64,000 nt of DNA from contig BCKQ01000019.1 in NCBI GenBank assembly GCA_001600695.1, positions 110,209-174,208 of the forward strand. The letters are read 5' to 3'. Positions 59,461 through 64,000 of the stretch are shown here, piece after piece (position 1 is the stretch's first letter; each line of letters begins with the position of its first letter). The position numbers and the translations under genes are program-made. Under the pieces are notes generated by a model. That model saw only the letters and a list, made by a program, of their open reading frames with translations, made no database searches and was not told the DNA's origin. Source of the DNA: Ascoidea asiatica JCM 7603 (taxonomy: Eukaryota > Fungi > Ascomycota).

Positions 59461-60647
59461 AATAACAATATTTACTGCTTCTCTTCTCTCATTAAAAGTG
59501 TTCACAAATACTATTAAATACTATTAAATACTGTTAAATACTGTTAAATACTATCAAAATCTAGTAATAATCTAGGTATGAGCCGTCTAAATATAATCAC
59601 TTAACCTTATTCAACTTCACATTTTTTATTCAATATCATTCAATATCATTCATAATTATTCATAATTATTCATAATTATTCCTTTGTTTTATTTAAATGA
59701 GAGTATTTTTAAACGGCAATTTTCTTTTTTTTTTTTTTGCTTCTCTCATAAAAATTCAATTTAAATTTTATTTTCGATTCAATTTTTTTTTTATTTAACT
59801 TTTCTTTGGTTTATCCGGGGTTTATCCGACTTTTTTAAATAATTTTAAAATAATAATATTTCAATGTAACATAGTTTCATTATTATTTATTTATTATTTA
59901 TTTATTATTTAACTTATCCTAAATATTATCCTAAATATTATCAATTTTAGTATCTTTTTAGTATCTATTACTATCTTATTCTTAACTAGTCAATAAATTG
60001 AGCAATAAAACAAGCATTTATTAAAAACCTTATTATTTTAATTCAAAGGCCCACTTTATTATATAATATTTAATGAGAGCTATAATATTATAATATTATT
60101 ATAATAATATTTGAAATTTTATAAAAATTTCATTCAATTTTATAGAATCTATTAAAATTTGAGAGAAATTTCTAATTCATATACTATTTATATACTATTT
60201 ATATACTAATTATATACTTTTCTTTAATTTCTTTTATTTTAATATATGGCTTTATTCAATTATTCATTATTCTTATCTTTATTACTTCTTTCTTATTTCT
60301 TATTATCTTAAACTTTATTCTTTCCCTCCCTCTCTCTCTCTGTCTCTCTCTTTATTGCTAAAAAGATTCAGAAAATTTTGATTTGCTAAATTTTTACCCT
60401 TATTATTATTCATACCCTTTAATAATTTGTATTCACTAACTTAAATACTAAGATTTATGATTATGATTATGATTATGATTATGATTATGATTATGATTGT
60501 GATTGTGATTATATATATATAAAAGGATACTCGATTCAATATTTTTTTTTTTTTTTTCATTTCCATTTATATTTCTCTATTATATTTATATATTTTATTA
60601 TATTATATTATATTTCATATCAAATATAACAAAATTCTTTTAAGAAA

Positions 60648-62432
60648 ATGTCTTCAAAAATTATTGAAAATTCTGATACAAAATCAGAAGATAAAATTTC
60701 TGATCAAAATCATAATTCAAGTTCTGATAATATTGAAACAAAATCAATTTTACAAAAAATTAATACTGTTAGTGATTTAGAAAATTATGATAATGAAATT
60801 AAAGATGATTCTTATTATAATGATCCAAATAATAGACGTTCTCCAACTGATGAAGAAAATTCAACTTTACCTCATGTTTCTGCAAAAATTACTTGGGCAT
60901 GTTGGTTAGTTGCTTTAGTTGAATTAGCTGAAAGATTTTCTTATTATGGTGTTTCTGGTCCTTTTATAAATTATATGCAATATGGTCCTGATGATCATAT
61001 ACCTGGTGCTTTATCTTTAAATCAACAAGGTACAAATGCTTTAAGTTATTTTTTTCAATTTTGGTGTTATGTTTGTCCAATTTTTGGTGCTTGGATTTCT
61101 GATACTTATACTGGTAAATTTTATGCAATTTGTATATTTTGTGGTGTTTATATTGTTGGTTTATTAATTTTATTTTTAACTTCATTACCTGTTTCAATTA
61201 GAAATGGTGCTGCTCTTGGTGGTTATATAGCTGCTGTAATAATTATTGGTATTGGTACTGGTGGTGTAAAATCTAATGTTTCTCCATTAATTGCTGATCA
61301 AGTTCCTGTTTTTACTCCATATGTTAAAAATACTAAAAAAGGTAAAGTTATTGTTGATCCTGCTGTAACTTATCAATCTATTTTTATGTGGTTTTATTTA
61401 TGTATTAATGTTGGTTCATTATCTTCAATTGCAACAACTGAATTAGAAAGTCATGTTGGTTTTTGGGCTGCTTATTTATTACCTTTTTGTTTCTTTTTTG
61501 TTGGTGTTGCAGCTTTAATTATTGGTAGAAATGTTTATGTTAAAGTTCCACCTTCAAAAATGATTATTGGTAATGCTTTTAAAGTTTGTTTTATTACTTT
61601 ATTTAATAGAGGTAAATTTAATTCTGCAAAACCTTCTTTAAATCCAGAAAAAAATTATGCTTGGGATGACCTTTTTGTTGAAGAAGTTAGAAGATCTTTA
61701 TTAGCTTGTAGAGTTTTTATATTTTTTATTGTTTATTGGGTTGTTTATGGTCAAATGTTAAATAATTTTGTAAGTCAAGCAGGTCAAATGGAATTACATG
61801 GTATACCAAATGATATTATGCAAAATATTGATGCCATTACTATTATTGTTTTTATTCCAATTTGTGATAAATTAGTTTATCCATTTTTAAGAAAAATTGG
61901 TATTCCATTTAAACCAATTACAAGAATTTTTATGGGTTTTATGTTTGGTGCAGCAGCAATGGCTTATGCAGCTGGTGTTCAAAGAATGATTTATAATGCT
62001 GGTCCTTGTTATGATGCTCCTTTAGCTTGTGCAGCTTCTGATGATGGTAATATTCCAAATCATGTTCATGTTGCAGCTCAAACTCCTGCTTATTTTTTCA
62101 TTGGAATGTCTGAAATTTTTGCTTCAATTACAGGTTTAGAATATGCTTATACTAAAGCTCCTGCTCAAATGAAATCTTTTATTATGTCAATGTTTTTATT
62201 AACTTCTGCAGGTGGTTCTGCTTTAGGTATTGCATTATCTCCAACTGCTGAAGATCCAAAATTAGTTTGGACTTATACAGGTTTATGTGTTGCTTGTTTT
62301 ATTGCAGGTCTTTTATTCTGGTTCTGTTTTAAAAGCCTTAATAATGAAGAAGATGAATTAAATAAATTAGATCTTTTAGAAAAATTAGATGCTGAAAAGA
62401 AAGCTCTTGAAATAAAAGATAGAGAAGTTTAA
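60648..62432 (+). CDS. PTR2: Proton-dependent oligopeptide transporter (POT family)
   Basis: ELAERFSYYG, GAWISDTYTG, GTGGVKSNV, FYLCINVGSL, EYAYTKAP. Confidence 0.95.
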   Translation: MSSKIIENSDTKSEDKISDQNHNSSSDNIETKSILQKINTVSDLENYDNEIKDDSYYNDPNNRRSPTDEENSTLPHVSAKITWACWLVALVELAERFSYYGVSGPFINYMQYGPDDHIPGALSLNQQGTNALSYFFQFWCYVCPIFGAWISDTYTGKFYAICIFCGVYIVGLLILFLTSLPVSIRNGAALGGYIAAVIIIGIGTGGVKSNVSPLIADQVPVFTPYVKNTKKGKVIVDPAVTYQSIFMWFYLCINVGSLSSIATTELESHVGFWAAYLLPFCFFFVGVAALIIGRNVYVKVPPSKMIIGNAFKVCFITLFNRGKFNSAKPSLNPEKNYAWDDLFVEEVRRSLLACRVFIFFIVYWVVYGQMLNNFVSQAGQMELHGIPNDIMQNIDAITIIVFIPICDKLVYPFLRKIGIPFKPITRIFMGFMFGAAAMAYAAGVQRMIYNAGPCYDAPLACAASDDGNIPNHVHVAAQTPAYFFIGMSEIFASITGLEYAYTKAPAQMKSFIMSMFLLTSAGGSALGIALSPTAEDPKLVWTYTGLCVACFIAGLLFWFCFKSLNNEEDELNKLDLLEKLDAEKKALEIKDREV

Positions 62433-63194
62433 ATAAATCGATTTTTTAACTTTTTCTAAGTTTCAGCATATTTTCATTTCTCTTATAATGATTTTTTATC
62501 TCTTATCTTTTCTCTTTTATCTTTTATTCTTATCTTTTATTCCTTTTATATAATATGCTTTGTTATCCTCATTCCATTTTGTTTTCCTACTTTTTTTTGG
62601 AATGATTCTTTTCTTTAACTTTTTTTCATTTTCTTTTATCTCTTGAAAAGCAAGGTATTATTGAATGTTCAATAATCCTTGAATAAACTTAAATGGAGTT
62701 TTTTTTTTTTTAGTTTCCTTGAATAAACATCAAACTATTTACTAACTAAAACCATCAACCAATATCTTATCATATCATAAACCGATTAATAACACATTTT
62801 TTTATCAAGAGTAAAAACAATTCTTTATATTCGCGTTTGTTTATTTCGTTTGCCTTCGCAGTCGCCGAGTGAAAAAAAGAAGCCGCTGACGTAAGCGAAA
62901 AGTGGTGAGGAAAAAAAAGAAGTTTGTGTTTCGGCTCAAATCACGTAAATTTATCAAAAGGAAAAGAAAATAAAGGTTTGCGATTTGAGCTTAATTTATT
63001 GTATTTTAACTGCTCAAAAAGATATAAATATTGTATATTGATCGAACTGAGGAAGTGATGGGTTATTGAAACTACTTGTCAATTCAATAACTAGTTTAGA
63101 AGTATTGGATTAATCTGATTTCAGTTGGTTTCTTAAGGTTATTATAATAGTTGGTTTAGTCTTCTATTTTTACTTATTTTTTTTAAATTAGAAA

Positions 63195-64000
63195 ATGTCG
63201 TATTTGAATAAAGAATTGGTTGATTCTTATCACAGCATTTTAGTTTCTGCAGGGAATATAATGGATGATTTGATTGATAATAGATCGTCAAGTTTAATAA
63301 CTCCAAATAATAATTTTAATGCACCCGATAATTATAATTCTGGGAATGGATCAAATAATCCTGGTTTTGGTAATAACAATAATAATCCAAATCATATAAT
63401 GGAATTAGATGCAAATATTGGTCAATTTCATCAAGTTTTAGATTTAATGATTAATAACTTAGATGATGCAAAAAATTTCTTATTAGTTCAAAAAGAGAAT
63501 ATTGAAACTCAAAAATTACTTTCATTACCTACTTTAAATTCAACTATAATTTCAAATAGATCACCACCAATCAATCCAACTTTACAACAGCAACAGCAGC
63601 AACAACAGCAACAGAAACTACAGCAACTGCAACAGATGCAACAACTGCAACAAATACAACAAATGCAGAAAATACAACGTCTGAAACAACAGCAACAATT
63701 TCAAGAATATAAACAGAAGAATATGCTGCAACCACAATTTAACTCACAAAATGTTTCCAATAACAATCCTAGAAATAATAGTATGACAAATCAAGGGTAT
63801 CAAGAGGCTATGAGAATTAATAATGAAGGTGTCAATATTGATAATAAAATAAATGGTTTTAATAATTTCAATGGAAATTCAGTTAATAATAATAATAATA
63901 ATACTAATAACAATAACAATAACAATAACAATAACAATAACAATAACAATAACAATAACAATAACAATAACAATAACAATAACAATAACAATAACAATAA
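63195..64000 (+). CDS. MED2: Mediator tail subunit Med2/Tlo-family, 5' part (runs off the window)
   Basis: ATG at 63195 with an open frame to the window end. MSYLNKELVDSYHSILVSAGNIM...RSSSLITPNNN...NIGQFHQVLDLMINNLDDAKNFL resembles the Med2/Tlo N-terminal helices; poly-Q and poly-N follow. Confidence 0.75.
   Translation, partial: MSYLNKELVDSYHSILVSAGNIMDDLIDNRSSSLITPNNNFNAPDNYNSGNGSNNPGFGNNNNNPNHIMELDANIGQFHQVLDLMINNLDDAKNFLLVQKENIETQKLLSLPTLNSTIISNRSPPINPTLQQQQQQQQQQKLQQLQQMQQLQQIQQMQKIQRLKQQQQFQEYKQKNMLQPQFNSQNVSNNNPRNNSMTNQGYQEAMRINNEGVNIDNKINGFNNFNGNSVNNNNNNTNNNNNNNNNNNNNNNNNNNNNNNNNNNNNNN
63905..64000 (+). repeat. (AATAAC)n coding microsatellite encoding poly-Asn
   Basis: Perfect alternating AAT/AAC codons to the window end. 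Confidence 0.9.

Noticed and set aside
1-64000. CRISPR arrays, LTR/Ty elements, DNA transposons, rRNA
   Set aside because: No repeat-spacer arrays, no gag/pol/transposase ORFs, no paired LTRs or TIRs and no rRNA motifs recognised; a solo LTR could not be detected without a library

Overview
Eukaryotic, extremely AT-rich budding-yeast (Saccharomycotina-type) chromosomal DNA, with intronless protein genes and abundant Asn/Gln homopolymers. No bacterial, CRISPR or clear transposon signatures are present. Recognisable genes in order: a partial CDS end, SYG1, DFG10, a PET20/SUE1/MRX6-family gene, a SPO1-like phospholipase B, an AMMECR1 protein, PRS3, NUM1, ARB1, RVS167, MSS4, SEC4, an F-box/LRR protein, BUB2, SMD1, intron-containing tRNA-Ile(UAU), an SPS2/ECM33-family gene, a YMR295C-like (DUF2406) gene and an SCT1/GPT2 acyltransferase. 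These are followed by two decayed pseudogenes (MAL-type sugar porter, alcohol dehydrogenase), tRNA-Glu(UUC), a frameshifted orphan gene, RSM26, a small membrane protein, an MSS11-like LisH factor, PTR2 and the 5' part of MED2, which the ORF track misses. The most notable oddities are: (1) a repeated compositional architecture of GC/CpG-rich promoter islands, a ~2-3 kb ultra-AT zone downstream in the transcribed direction, and relaxed composition at the 3' ends of long genes; (2) a Gly->Arg change in the conserved G-loop of the Mss4 kinase; (3) an orphan gene whose acidic tail lies in the -1 frame behind a U9 slippery run; (4) a dense GGGACA/GGAC cluster; (5) an ADH pseudogene that lost its catalytic-zinc segment through an apparent microhomology deletion. 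Gene identities come from my recall of family motifs, not from database searches.
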